DNA from: an uncultured Planctomycetaceae bacterium
GTDB taxonomy: Bacteria > Planctomycetota > Planctomycetia > Pirellulales > PALSA-1355
Reading direction: 5' to 3'
DNA length: 64,000 nt
NCBI GenBank assembly: GCA_963785305.1
Contig: CAWAUV010000004.1
Coordinates: 160,001 to 224,000, forward strand
Under the pieces are notes generated by a model, which worked only from the letters and a program-made list of their open reading frames with translations, searched no databases and had not been told where the DNA came from. A program made the translations under genes and the position numbers. The number at the start of each line of letters is the position of its first letter. Position 1 is the stretch's first letter. This document shows, one piece after another, positions 32,818 to 44,927 of this stretch.

Positions 32818-35800
32818 ATGTACATCGAACGCCTTTTCGCCGTGAGCTCTTCGCCCCGCGCAAGCCGCCGGGTTCTTCCCTTCCTCGCGAAACTATTGGC
32901 GGTTGGGGCACTGTGCTTCGCCTTCGCGGGGCCCGGCTCCGCATGGGTCGCCGCCGAGGAGATCGGGGTGCGAATTCGATTCGGGCTCAATGACGAAGGT
33001 CCCACGGATTGGGACGGCGCCATTGAGACCTCGCGAGGCAAAGTCGCATATCTCAGCGGCTGGCGGTTTATTCAGGATGACAAAGTCCAACTCCATCCCG
33101 CGGGATGGAAAGCCTCGACCCATCCGGTGGCGCAAAACGGTCGCGGCAACAACGCGAAGAAGGCCGCGGCGCAGGCCGCTCGCCGCGACTGTAAAGACCG
33201 CCACCACCGACAACGGAGTGCTGGCCACGTTCGCGGATGTGACGGCCGACACGCGCGTGACGATCAAGACCACGCGGGGAAACTTCGAGTTTACATTCAG
33301 CGAGATTCCCTATGGCGCCATCGTGACCAAACTCGACGGCGCGGTCGAAATCGAACGCACGGGCACGGCCCAACGGTTGTCCGAGGGCCGCGCCGACGAC
33401 GATTACCCCGCCGCGGTCGTTGCCCCCGATGGCGCTCGCTATGTCGCTTATGTGAGCTATACGCCGGCCTCGAACCGCGACGAATACGACCGATTGCAGG
33501 CGAGCAGCCGACCTCGCAACTTCGCCGGTCGCAACTGGGTCCAGGAGCCCGAGGATCTCGGCTTTCTCGAACAAACTCCCGGTGGCGACCGGATTTGGCT
33601 GCGCGTCGAGCGCGACGGAAGATGGGGCGCGCCCTTGGCGGTGACCACTCCGGGGCACGACATCTATAAGCTGCGCGCTGGCGATCGATGGCGGCGGCGT
33701 TCGCGTCGCCTGGTCGGAGAACGTGGCTTGGACCGCGAACAATCCGGCCGCGAAAGATGCCGGTGGCGCGCTGGAAGGGAAACCCATCGCGACCCAGGCC
33801 ACGCCCAACTTCGAGATATTCACGCGCTCTTTCGCCGACGGCGCATGGAGCGAGCCGATCAATCTGTCGAACAATCCCGCGAACGATATCAACCCGGCTC
33901 TCGCGACTGATTCGCGGGGTCGCGTCTGGATCGCGTGGCAGGCGGTGCGCGACGGAGTGTTCCGCGTCGTCGAGCGCCACCAGATCGTGAACGCGGGGGC
34001 GGCCAATAAGTCGGCGGTCGGCGCCGTCGAATGGAACGAAGAGCGGCGAGTGAGCGACCAGACCGGCAACTGCTGGGCTCCCGCCGCGGCCGCTTCGGCC
34101 GATGGTCGCGTGGCCATCGCCTGGGATACCTACGACAAAGGCGACTACGACGTTTGGCTGCGCGAGTTTTCGGCGAACGACGGCGAGCCGCGCGACGCGC
34201 GGCCCGTGGCCAACAGCACCGACTACGAAGCCCGCCCAGCAATGGCATACGACGCCACGGACAGCTTATGGGTGGCCTACGAGTGGAGCACTCCCACCTG
34301 GGGCAAGAATTTCGGCGAGCTCGTGCAGAGACAAGGCTACCCCCTGTATCGCGGCCGACAGATCGGCCTCCTGGTGCTCAAGGATGGAAAATGGATGGAG
34401 CCGGCGGCCAGTTATCTGGGCTCGCTTCCCCACGTCAAGCCCCGCAAGAAAGTCAACAACGAACGTGTCCCCGCCATCGAGCCGGACGGCGAATCGATCC
34501 AACAAGCCCGCGACGCCGAGCTATTGCGCAATCTGGCATACAACAACATCGCCCGAATCGCGGCCGACAAATCGGGCCACATCTGGTTGTTTTGCCGTTC
34601 ACGCCAGAACGACATTCGCTTTCCCGTGCTTGGTTCGTTGTGGCTGAGTTGGGCCATCTGCTACGACGGAAAGAGTTGGATCGGCCCCATTCTTCTGCCG
34701 AATTCCGACAACCTGATGTACAACACGCCATCCGTGGCGCCGCTTCCCGGCGGGGGTATATTCGTCGCGCATTCGAGCGATCATCGGCAAGAACGATTTC
34801 CGGTGCGGGCCGCGCAGTCGCAGGCGGGGCCCGACGAAACGTGGAGCGTGCCGGGAGACCCGTTCGACAACGATGTTTATTCGAGCGTGCTGTCCGCTCC
34901 GACAGGTTCATCAAGCGCGCTGGCTGATCCCGCGTCGCTCGTGATCGCGGAGCAGCAGCCCGATTCGCATCCGCGCCGAGCAAGGCGACGCTCGACGAGC
35001 GCGCCGCGATCGCCCGGTGCCGCGGGCAACAGATCGATTATCGGGGCCGGAAACTCACGCTCATCCGCGGAGAATTCCACCGCCACACGGAGATCAGCGG
35101 CGATGGCGGCAACGACGGGCCGCTGGAGGACATGTGGCGCTACGCGCTGGACGTTGCCGCCATGGACTGGCTCGGCTGCGGCGACCACGACAATGGCGCC
35201 GGTCGCGAATACACTTGGTGGCTGACGCAAAAAACCACGGATGCCTTTCGCATCGCGGGCCGCTTCGAGCCGCCGTTTTCCTACGAACGGAGCGTCCCCT
35301 ATCCCGAGGGACATCGCAATGTGGTGTTCCCGAGGCGTGGAGTGCGGACGCTCCCCCGGCTGCCGATTACCGACCGCGACAATCCGATTCGCCCTCCCGA
35401 CACGCAAATGCTCTACAAATATCTGAAGCGGTTCGGCGGAGTCTGCGCGGCGCACACCAGCGCCACCGGCATGGGCACCGACTGGCGCGACAACGATCCG
35501 GAAGTCGAGCCGATGGTCGAAATCTATCAAGGCGATCGGCAAAACTACGAGCGCCCCGACGCCCCCCGCGCGCCGCGGGCGGATTATTCGGTCGGTGGAT
35601 GGGAGCCGAAAGGGTTCGTGAACTTGGCTCTGCTGAAGGGCTATCGTCTGGCGTTTGAATGCAGCAGCGACCACATTTCGACGCATATCAGTTACGCCAA
35701 CGTATATGCCGACGACAATTCGCCGGCCGCGCTCGTGGCCGCGATGAAGCTGCGGCATATTTACGGCGCCACCGATAACATCATTGCCGACTTCCGCGCG

Positions 35801-36097
35801 ATGGCCGACGGCATCGACCACATGCTCGGCGACGAATTCTCGTCGAGCACCCCGCCCAAATTACGGCTGCGGCTCGTCGGCACTGCGCCCTTCGCCAAAA
35901 TCACCCTGGTGAAGGACGACGTGGAAACGCCGCTTGCGTTCGAGCCGAATGCCGATGTCGAGTTATCTTGGACCGATCCCAAGCCCACGCCCGGCAAGAC
36001 CAGCTATTACTATGTCCGCGGTGAGCAGGTAGACGGCGAGTTGGTGTGGGTCTCGCCGATGTGGATCAAGTATCATCCGAGCGCGAGCGCCCCATGA
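32818..36097 (+). CDS. Large secreted protein: beta-propeller region plus PHP-like (DUF3604/CehA-McbA-type) metallohydrolase; frameshifts near 33185, 33670 and 34980
   Basis: Joined frames give GEFHRHTEISGDG, CGDHDNG, GHRNV, HTSATGMGTDW, SSDHISTH and YYYVRGEQ...WVSPMW. Confidence 0.7.
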
Positions 36098-37459
36098 AAG
36101 CCTCCCGCCGCGCTCGCGCACGTTCCGTGTTTCCCATTGCCGGGGCAGCCGAGTTGGACCCAGGGAAGCGAACCAGCCACGGGTTCCTCGGCGCTCGGAT
36201 CGCGGCGCTGGGGCTCATCCTCGGTCTCGCTTGGCTCGGCGACGCTCGATCGGCCGTCGCACATGTGGCGGACACGAGCTATGCGCAATTCAAAGTGACG
36301 CGCGACGGCATCGAATCGAAGTTTTCATTCGACTTGGGCACGCTGGCGCGCATCGCGCCCGCGCTCGACGCCGATGGCGATCACCGTGTCTCGCCCGCCG
36401 AACTCGCCGCGCGGACGCCGGCTGTTTACGAGTACCTTCGTCGACGGATTCGTTTCGAGATCAATGGGGCCGCCGCCGACCTGGGCGAGCAGCAGCCAGT
36501 AGCCTTCCTCCCGGACGCCGACGCGGAGGGCGTGTCCGAAGCCAAATTCCACGACGCCGCGTCGATCACGCATTTCGTGTTCCGACATTCCTCCGGATCG
36601 CCACCCCTCGATTTTTGGGTGGAATTCGATCTCTTTCGCGAGCTCGGGCCGCGACACACGGTGCTGGGCGCCATCGAACAGGACGGCCGAATGCAGGAGG
36701 TTCTCTTCCGCGAATCGGAGCCTGAGTATCTCCACGACACGGGCTACGAGCCCTCGCGCGACGAGGCCTCCGTCGGATCGCGAACGGGCGAACTCCCCGA
36801 GGCTCGGTCAGAAGCCTCGTTGGAAGCCGCGGCGCCAACCGCCAACTCCGCCGCAGAACGATTCTTCCGCCCGAAGATCGAACACGAGCGACTCGGCATG
36901 GCGGCAGATGGCGCGATTCTTCAGTCTGGGCGTGGAGCATATCTTCCTGGGTTACGACCACATCCTGTTTCTCCTGTCGCTGCTGATGGTCAGCCGCTTC
37001 CGCGAGCTGGTGAAGATCGTCACTTCGTTCACGGTGGCCCATACCATCACGCTGATGCTGGCGACACTGGACATGGTGCGGCTGCCGAGCCGGCTGGTTG
37101 AATCGGCGATCGCGGCGACGATCGTGTATGTGGCGGTCGAGAACTTTTGGGTGCGCGAGACCGCCCATCGCTGGCGACTGACCTTCTTTTGCGGGCTGAT
37201 CCACGGTTTCGGATTTGCCGGCGTGCTGCAAGAGCTTGGTCTCCCGGCCAAGGGACTCGTGCGTTCGCTGGTGGCGTTCAATTGCGGCGTGGAAGTGGGA
37301 CAACTGATCATCGTGGCGGCTCTCTTGCCATTAGTGACGCTGCTCGCCCGTTGGCGTTATGGCGAGGATGCCCGTCGCGTGATTTCCGGACTCATGGCGC
37401 TGTGCGGCGCTGGCTGGTTGATTGACCGCGCATGCGGTCCGAGTTTCATGCCGTTTTGA
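36094..37459 (+). CDS. HupE/UreJ family protein with N-terminal periplasmic domain (frameshift near 36890)
   Basis: GVEHIFLGYDHILFL, FTVAHTITL, GLIHGFGFA, FNCGVEVGQ; ATGA overlap with the upstream stop. Confidence 0.85.
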
Positions 37460-37636
37460 GGTTTTCGATCGCTGGGTGACCGCGCGACGCCCGCTGGGAA
37501 GCCTGTCGCGGCTCGCGCCGATCGTTTGCGGCAAAAGCTGTTAAACCTCGAGGCTGATGGTATCTTGAAACTCTCGGAACTGAACCTGTCGGCCGCGGGG
37601 CCCGCGAAGGGCGCCGAACTCAACAAAGGAGTCGTC

Positions 37637-39173
37637 ATGCGTCGCGCCGTTCGATCGATCGTGATTGCAATGACTTGGATCGCCTGCGCCGCGCCGGGTT
37701 CCCGCGTGCTGGCTTCCGAGCCGCCGCCGCGGCCCAATATCTTATTCATCATTTTCGACGACTGGGGATGGCGCGATTCGGGCGCCTATGGCAGCGCCTG
37801 GGTCAAGACGCCGAACTTCGATCGCGTGGCGCACGAAGGTGTCCTCTTCGAGAATTGCTTCACCTCGAACCCGAAGTGCAGTCCCTGTCGCGCGAGCATC
37901 CTCACCGGTCGCAATACCTGGCAGTTGGAGGAAGCCTGCTGCCACTACGGTGTCTTCCCCTCGAAATTCGCGGTTTACCCCGACCTGCTGGAACAATCGG
38001 GCTACGTCGTGGGACTGACCGGCAAGGGCTGGGGGCCAGGCGATTTCGCGAAGGGTGGATTCAAGCGGAATCCGGCCGGACCCGTCTTCGACAAACACAA
38101 GCTCAAGCCGCCGACGACGGCGATCGGCAAGGTCGATTATGCGCAACTTCGAAACGTTTCTCGAGCAACGCCCGGTCGGCAAGCCTTTCTGCTTTTGGAT
38201 GGGCTTTCACGAGCCGCATCGCGCCTACGAAGCTGGGTCCGGACTGCGCGGCGGCAAACGGCTCTCGGACGTGAGGGTTCCCGCCTATCTGCCCGACACC
38301 GAAGCGGTGCGGAGCGATCTATTGGATTACGCCCTGGAGGTCGAATGGGGCGATGAGCAGATCGGCAAGGCGCTCGATGCCCTGGAGGCGATCGGGGAGC
38401 TGGATCGGACGCTCGTCGTCGTCACCTCGGACCATGGCATGCCCTTCCCGTTCGTGAAGGGGCAAATCTTCGAGGATGGTTTCCACCTGCCGCTGGCCAT
38501 GCGCTGGGGAGCGGGAATCAAAGCGGGACGCGTGGTCAAGGATTTTATCAACGTGCGCGATTTCGCCCCAACCTATCTTGAACTGGCGGGTTTGCCGGTG
38601 CATCCGCAAATGTCCGGCCGCGGTCTGAAAGGCATCTTGCAATCCGAACGATCGGGCGCGATCGAAAAAGATCGTGACGTGATGCTGGTTGGCAAGGAAC
38701 GCCACGACATCGGCCGCCCGCACGACTGGGGCTACCCGGTGCGAGCCATTCGCACGCCCGAGTATTTGTATGTGCAAAACTTTTTTCCGGATCGCTGGCC
38801 GGCCGGCAATCCGGAAACCGGCTTCACCAATTGCGACGCGAGCCCGACCAAGGAATTGGTCAAATCGCTGGGAGGTTATTATTTCGATCTTTCCTTAGGC
38901 AAACGGCCGCCCCGAGCGTTGTATCGGATCAGCGATGATCGCGAATGCCTATTCAACCTCGTCGACGACCCACATTTCGCCCCCATCGCCGATAAACTTC
39001 AAACGCGAATGATGGACATGCTGCGAGCCGAGCAAGACCCTCGCGCTCTGGGAAACGGCCGCCTGTTCGACACCTATCAGTACATCGGTCCACGCAAAGA
39101 CTCTTACGACCAGTGGCTAACTTCGCGTCTCGCCGAACCGCCGGCGGAGACGCCGGCGCCAAAGGGCGAATAA
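37637..39173 (+). CDS. Sulfatase (Cys-type), frameshift near 38140
   Basis: PNILFIIFDD, CSPCRASILTGR, TSDHGMPF, GKERHD. Confidence 0.92.
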
Positions 39174-39296
39174 CAGTCTGCTGATGAAATGCCGTCGGCC
39201 GTGATCCAGCGGCAGTCGAGCCACACGACGGCGAACAGGGGCGGGGCCGCCGCCGGCCGTGGGCGCGGGCGCCATTGATTTGCTCGAATCTCGCGA

Positions 39297-39752
39297 CTAG
39301 CGAGTTTGCACCATGCGGGCCGTTTGCCGCGTGAGCGTGTCGAGCCGGGCATTGAAGGGCTCGGGCGCCAAATAGCCGTCGATCCGATCGAGCACGACCG
39401 CTTGCGGCGAAATGACAAAAGTCGTCGGAAACGCTTTCACCGCCAGCTCTTGGCTTAGCGGCGAGGGCCGCGTGGCGTCGACCACGAGCGGCACATAACC
39501 GTTGCGAATCGCCGCCGCAACGCGCGGGTCGACGAGCGTGCCACGCTTCATCTTCACGCAAAACACGCACTGCTCGCGAGTCACAAACACCAGCAGCGGA
39601 CGGCCTTGCGCCTGGGCTGCCCGCCATGCGGCGTCGACATCGGTGTGCCAGCCGCTGGGCATCGACTCCGCGGCTTGCGAACTACCGCCGAGCGCGAACG
39701 CCGCGACGAGTGTGAGAACCGTCATCAGACACAGCGGCAGCAGATTCCGCAT
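39297..39752 (-). CDS. Secreted thioredoxin-family protein
   Basis: Signal peptide, WHTDVDAA, CVFC, AFPTT. Confidence 0.85.
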   Translation of the reverse strand: MRNLLPLCLMTVLTLVAAFALGGSSQAAESMPSGWHTDVDAAWRAAQAQGRPLLVFVTREQCVFCVKMKRGTLVDPRVAAAIRNGYVPLVVDATRPSPLSQELAVKAFPTTFVISPQAVVLDRIDGYLAPEPFNARLDTLTRQTARMVQTR

Positions 39753-39951
39753 ACTTCCCGCCTCGCGTACGGCGTGTTATCGATCTCGGCATCCGGCCGT
39801 TTGCCCACGAACTTTCATCGTCGCGGGCGGGCCGATGCGCAAAAACGAAATCGTATTCGCGGGAAGAATCGCGCGATTGACGCGCGGCTTGAGCGGAACG
39901 CGCGCGAATGCGCGATCAGGTCGGGCTTTCGCGTCGCAAGCGCCGGCGCGA

Positions 39952-40779
39952 TTATTCGTCGACCACGACAATCGTGGCGGCGTGTTTCATGGCCGGGCTC
40001 TTGATGATGCGAAACGACTTGCGGTCGGGACTGATCACGCGCAGCAGCGCTGAATGGCACTCGGACACATAGATTGTGCCATCGGCCGTGCGCGCGAAAC
40101 CCGATGGCCAATTGAGACGCTCTTCGCTCGGGGCATCGTCGCCGCCGTATTTCCAGACCGTTTTGCCAGCCGCGTCGACCTCGATCAGGAAATATCCCTT
40201 CTTGCCGGCGCCTTCGCCGCTCGAAATCAGCGTGTCGCCGTTTTCCAGCCGCTGGGCCAGATAAGGAAACGGAACTTCATACTTCCAAACGATTTCCTTC
40301 GCCGGATTGACCTCCAGCACCACATGGTCGCTCGAAGCGCAAATCAGCGTATTGCCATTGGCCAACCGCCGCGATTGGCGCATCGCGGCGCCGTTTGGAA
40401 CATCGTATCGCCAGACGACCTGTTTATCGGGGGTGATGTCGAGAATCGCATGCGCACCGTTGTCGGCCACCATCGTGTTGCCATTCGGCAGTCGCTGACA
40501 CGACTCGGCGCTTTGCACGATCGGCCGCCCGACTTCCCATACAACCTGCTTGTCGGGAGACACTTCGCGCACCACGCCCGGATTGATCAGAATGTTGCCG
40601 TTGGGCAGAAGTTGCACATCGTGGGCGTTGGAATTCGGAAAGTCCCACAGGAGCGTGCCGTCTTCCTTGAATTTGACCACCTTGCCGGTATTGTGGTCGG
40701 CGGCCCAAATATGAATCTCGGTCCGAGCGGTGTTGGCCAAGCTCGCCGCGAGTACGGCGAAATAGAGTGCGCGTCGCAT
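39952..40779 (-). CDS. Secreted beta-propeller repeat protein
   Basis: Repeated (R/L)LxNGNTLI...(E/D)(V/I)xPDKxVVW units. Confidence 0.8.
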   Translation of the reverse strand: MRRALYFAVLAASLANTARTEIHIWAADHNTGKVVKFKEDGTLLWDFPNSNAHDVQLLPNGNILINPGVVREVSPDKQVVWEVGRPIVQSAESCQRLPNGNTMVADNGAHAILDITPDKQVVWRYDVPNGAAMRQSRRLANGNTLICASSDHVVLEVNPAKEIVWKYEVPFPYLAQRLENGDTLISSGEGAGKKGYFLIEVDAAGKTVWKYGGDDAPSEERLNWPSGFARTADGTIYVSECHSALLRVISPDRKSFRIIKSPAMKHAATIVVVDE

Positions 40780-40963
40780 GGGCGGGGAATCCTTGAGAAA
40801 AAAATCGCGTGGCGGGAGGGATTTCGCGAATATCCGTCGGTGGCAATCGGAGCAGCCACGGTCGACAGCCGCGCCAGCCGCGAAAGAGCCGGCGTATCGC
40901 CTGGGACAATCGTACTTTGCCGGCAAGGCGACCCGCAAGCCGCTGAAGAGTGAAAGGCGAGGT

Positions 40964-41260
40964 TTAGCAGCCTATCCGGCAACTGTCCCCTCTCCCTTTG
41001 GGAGAGGGTAGGGCGAGGGCTCTCCGAAATGGAAAGCGGAAGGGTTTCCGCACGGCCTCTCTCGTGCTTTGTCACGGCTGAAATGATAGGTATAACCCCG
41101 TGTGCCATGCCCACGCCCAGCGTGGGCATGTTTTCGAGCGCCACGCGGAGTCCTCATGCCCACGCAGGGCCGTGGGCATGGCACACGGAACCAATCCAAC
41201 CCGTCATTTCAATTGTGACAATGCACCAGCAGCTTGTTGAATATTTCAAAAGGCTGCTAA
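40964..41260. mobile_element. Composite MITE-like element (297 bp) containing REP-like palindromes
   Basis: Ends TTAGCAGCCT / AGGCTGCTAA. The right end GCAGCTTGTTGAATATTTCAAAAGGCTGCTA nearly matches 23733-23763. Internal CCCTCTCCC/GGGAGAGGG and CATGCCCACG/CGTGGGCATG palindromes. Confidence 0.65.
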
Positions 41261-42576
41261 AGAAACTCCGCGATCGGCGCTCCGCCGTCGACGAGTTTGA
41301 TCGGCCGGCCGTCGCTGGTCGTGTATTCGGCCCGAGGATCGAGTCCCAAGATGGTTGAAAAGGTTACGAACAGATCCGGCACGCTGACGGGCCGCTCGGT
41401 CACATGCACGCCCTGGTCGTCGGTGGCGCCGAGCACTTGGCCGGCCCGAACTCCGGCGCCCGAAAGGCCCACGATCCAGCCTTCGGAGTAGTGATCGCGT
41501 CCGCCATCGGACTTGAACTTGGGTGTTCGGCAGAATTCGCCCATCCAGACCACCAACGTGTTTTCCAAGAGACCGCGATCTTCTAGATCGGTGAGCAGCG
41601 TGGCGTAGGCTGGGTCGACTTCTTGGCACAAAAGCGGGTTCTGCTCGTGGCCCTTGTTGTGCGTGTCCCAGCCCTGGTCGCCGCGGCTGCCGGTGCTGAT
41701 TACCTCGACGAAGCTCACGCCCTGTTCGACCAGCCGCCGCGCGAGCAGGCAACCCTGACCGAAGGCGGTGCGGCCATAGGCGTCGCGCAGTTTATCGGGC
41801 TCGCGGGCGAGATCGAACGCGCCGACGCGCGGGCTAAGCACGAACCGCGCCGCGCGGTCGTAGATCATTTGCTTCTCATGCACCGCGCTGCCGCCGCCCG
41901 CGCGGGCAAACTCGGCGTCGAGCGCGCCACTGAGCCGCAGCCGGCGCCGGAGCACATCGGCCGAGACCGTCGGCGCCAAGTTCGGCGGCAAGCGGTCGGG
42001 ATCGTCGACCTTAAACGGGTTGTATTGCACTCCTAAAATGCCCGCGTCGACATCGCGAGTCGTGATCCGCGGCTTGCCGATCCGCACAAACGCCGGCAGG
42101 TCGAATTCGGCTCGGTCGCGCTCTCGGGCCACGAGCGATCCGAACGACGGATAGCGAATCGCCTCCGAGGGCGGATAGCCGGTGCGCACCAGGGCGATGG
42201 CTCGATCGTGCTCCTTTTCCTTGCTGACCATCGAGCGAATGAGCGCGATCTTGTCCATGACTTGGGCCGTTCGCGGCCAGTATTCGGCGACCCGCACTCC
42301 ATCGAGCGCGGTATCGATCGCGGCCGCGGGGCCTTGATATTCGGAGCCCGGCTTGGGGTTGAAGGTGTCGAACTGGCTCGGGCCGCCGTCCATCCAGAGG
42401 AGAATCATCGACTTGCCGGCCGATCGCATCTCGGCCGCGCGAGCCATGAGCATGTCGCGCCACGAGAGAGTAAGTAGACCGGCGCCGGCCGACGCCGCGC
42501 CGAGCCGCTTTAGAAATCCACGGCGGCTCACCACCCCGGCTCGCGAAATTCCCACATCAACGATCGGTCGCAGCAT
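41257..42576 (-). CDS. DUF1501 domain protein (Tat signal)
   Basis: SRRGFL, LWMDGGPSQFDTF, LLARRLVEQGV, WDTH, WMGEFCRTP, GRDHY. Confidence 0.92.
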   Translation of the reverse strand: MLRPIVDVGISRAGVVSRRGFLKRLGAASAGAGLLTLSWRDMLMARAAEMRSAGKSMILLWMDGGPSQFDTFNPKPGSEYQGPAAAIDTALDGVRVAEYWPRTAQVMDKIALIRSMVSKEKEHDRAIALVRTGYPPSEAIRYPSFGSLVARERDRAEFDLPAFVRIGKPRITTRDVDAGILGVQYNPFKVDDPDRLPPNLAPTVSADVLRRRLRLSGALDAEFARAGGGSAVHEKQMIYDRAARFVLSPRVGAFDLAREPDKLRDAYGRTAFGQGCLLARRLVEQGVSFVEVISTGSRGDQGWDTHNKGHEQNPLLCQEVDPAYATLLTDLEDRGLLENTLVVWMGEFCRTPKFKSDGGRDHYSEGWIVGLSGAGVRAGQVLGATDDQGVHVTERPVSVPDLFVTFSTILGLDPRAEYTTSDGRPIKLVDGGAPIAEFL

Positions 42577-42594
42577 GTTCGCGTTTCCGGAAAG

Positions 42595-44864
42595 TCAGCG
42601 CTTGCTCGTGAACTCGGCGGAATTGAGCAAGCTCCACAAGAGGTCCTCGAAGGCGGCGCCGCGAACCTCGACTGCGGCCCGATGCTCCCGGGCCAAGCGC
42701 TGCTCCGCTTCGGTCGGCTGGCGGCCGAGCACCCGGCGAAACAGGCGATCGACCACCTGTGCGTCGTCGGCGGTTTCGGCGAGCAGCTTGCCGAGGAACG
42801 TGTTCCGCTCGGGCGTGGCCCGCACTTGGGCTTGCAGTTGCTCGTTGTTCATCATGAGCACGGCTTGATTCAAAGTGCGCGGAATATCCGTCGGCGCGAG
42901 CGATGGATCGAAGCCGAAAGCATCGGTCACCAGGTCGCGCGTGCTCTTGGGCGGAGGTGGAAAACGAACTTCGGCCGTGGGCTTCACCGCGGGCGGAGTG
43001 ATGTTGGGCAAGTCGATTCCCGCGGCCAAGGCGGCGAATACCTCGTCGCCGCGAAGCCGCGAGGGCGCCGCGGCGGCCAAGACGGCGCCCGCCGACGATT
43101 CATTCTTTTGAATGGCGGCTATCGAGAGCGATTCCGCGATGCTTTCTCGAGGCGCCGCCAGCCCGCGCTGGTAAGCCCGCGTCGCCATCAGCAGCCGGAA
43201 CAGGTCCTTGGAGTCGTATCCGGTGGCGAGAAAATGCGCGGCGAGCACTGCATGCACTTTCGGCCAAAGCTGGGGCTGCGACTCGCCAAGGTTGTCGACC
43301 GGCTCATAGAAGCCATGCCCCATGAGGCGAGCCCAAACCCGGTTGACATAGGCCCTGGCGAACCAGGGATTCTCCGGCGAAGTGACGAACCGAGCAAGCT
43401 GCTCCCGCCGCTCGGCGTCGCTCAAGCCGACCTCGGTCGCGGAGCTTTCGGCCGCGACGCCATCGAGAAACACCGGGTTCATCTCGCGACCCTTCTTGCT
43501 CGGATCGCTCGCGTCGGGCATCACATATTCGCCCTTGGTCTTCGACGCAACCACGGTGTCGGCGCCATCGTTCTTCGAGAGTTTGGCCGACGATCGTGCG
43601 AAGAACGCCGCCATCTCATGGAATTGATCGCGGGTCCAAGCGTCGAACGGGTGATCGTGGCACTGGGCGCAGCGAACTTGTAGGCCCATGAAGATTCGGC
43701 TGGTCTCCGACGCCAAACCCACGGGGCTCGCTTGATGATACCCGATAAACGTGGCTTCGGGCCGCTCCGAAATCTTGCCGCTGGCCGTCAAGAGATCGTG
43801 AACCACCTTGTCCCACGAATCGTTCGCGTTGATTCTCCGGGCCAGCCAGGCGCACAGCGGCTTGTAGTTTAGATAGGTGAGCTCCGGCGGCGGAGTACGA
43901 TACGCGATCGTGTCAACCCAATAGTCGGCCCAGTTGAGGCCAAACGCTTCTTCTTGCAGCCGAGCGTCGATGTGCCGAGATCGCTTGGCGGCCGACGCGC
44001 TCGCGGAAATATCGGCCGAAGCGTCGGCCACGAACTCAGCCAGTTCCTCGGGCGTCGGTTGACGACCGATCAGATCGAAATCGGCGCGGCGCAAAAACGC
44101 TTCGTCGTCGATCGGCGCCGCGAGCTCGCGGTCGCCGAGCGACTCTTCGATCAGGGCGTCGAGCATCGCCGGCGTGGCGCGTTCGGGCCGAAGCGCGGGC
44201 TTGCGCTCGAGCGACACCGTGATCTTCTGTTGCTCGCGCAAGATGTCGATCGGGCCGCGACGCGCGTTCGAACACACCGGTCGCCGAAGCGACGCTCGCC
44301 GCGGGCGACGGGTTTACCGCGGGCGCACCATTCACGGCGGGAGCCGCCGGCGCCGCGGCTTCGGGCAAGAGCCGCAGGGCATCGACGATCACATAGCCAT
44401 CGGCGCCGGAATTCGAGATCGTGACCACGGCGTCGGCCTCGGACGTGAAAGCGAACACGCCCAGAAGTCGAAACGGCGAGCCCTCGGCCGGCTTTTCACG
44501 CTGGTTGAGCGTAAGCTCGACGAGCCCTTCGCCGGTCGTGATCGAGATCGGCACATTCGAGGCGCAGCGTCTTGCCCGGCGTGTACGCCAAGAGCACTTG
44601 ATAACGCCCCGTGGCCGGCGGTCGCGCGACGAAGCGAACTCGCATCTCGCCCTTGTCGCGATTGTCGTCGTGAATATAGCCCGGGCCGACAAAGGGACCG
44701 ACATGGGTCGACGATCGCCAAGCGCCCGTCTTTTCGGCCGCTGGGTCGTCGATCACCACCCCCGGCGGCGAGCCAAGCGGCGCCGAGTCGGCGGCCGCAG
44801 CCGCGCGAAGCATCGCGGCCGAGAGCACCGCGAGCGGCAATAGTCTCCAGCGGTAAAAAGGCAT
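42595..44864 (-). CDS. DUF1549/DUF1553 protein with N-terminal xanthan-lyase/golvesin-like carbohydrate-binding domain (frameshifts near 44280 and 44570)
   Basis: IDDEAFLRRADFDLIGRQPT, CAQCHDHPFD, NPWFARAYVNRVWARLMGHG, EDLLWSLLNSAEF; N-terminal VVIDD...GYIHD...GYVIVDALRL. Confidence 0.82.
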
Positions 44865-44927
44865 GACGATCGGCTTGCTCATCGTATCAGGCGCCAACAA
44901 GGCCATGAACACTCGAAGTCTCGAAAC

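Noticed and set aside
39181..39187. Hammerhead ribozyme core CTGATGA (similar motifs on the minus strand near 13575 and 15635)
   Set aside because: No stem II followed by GAAA and no flanking stems.
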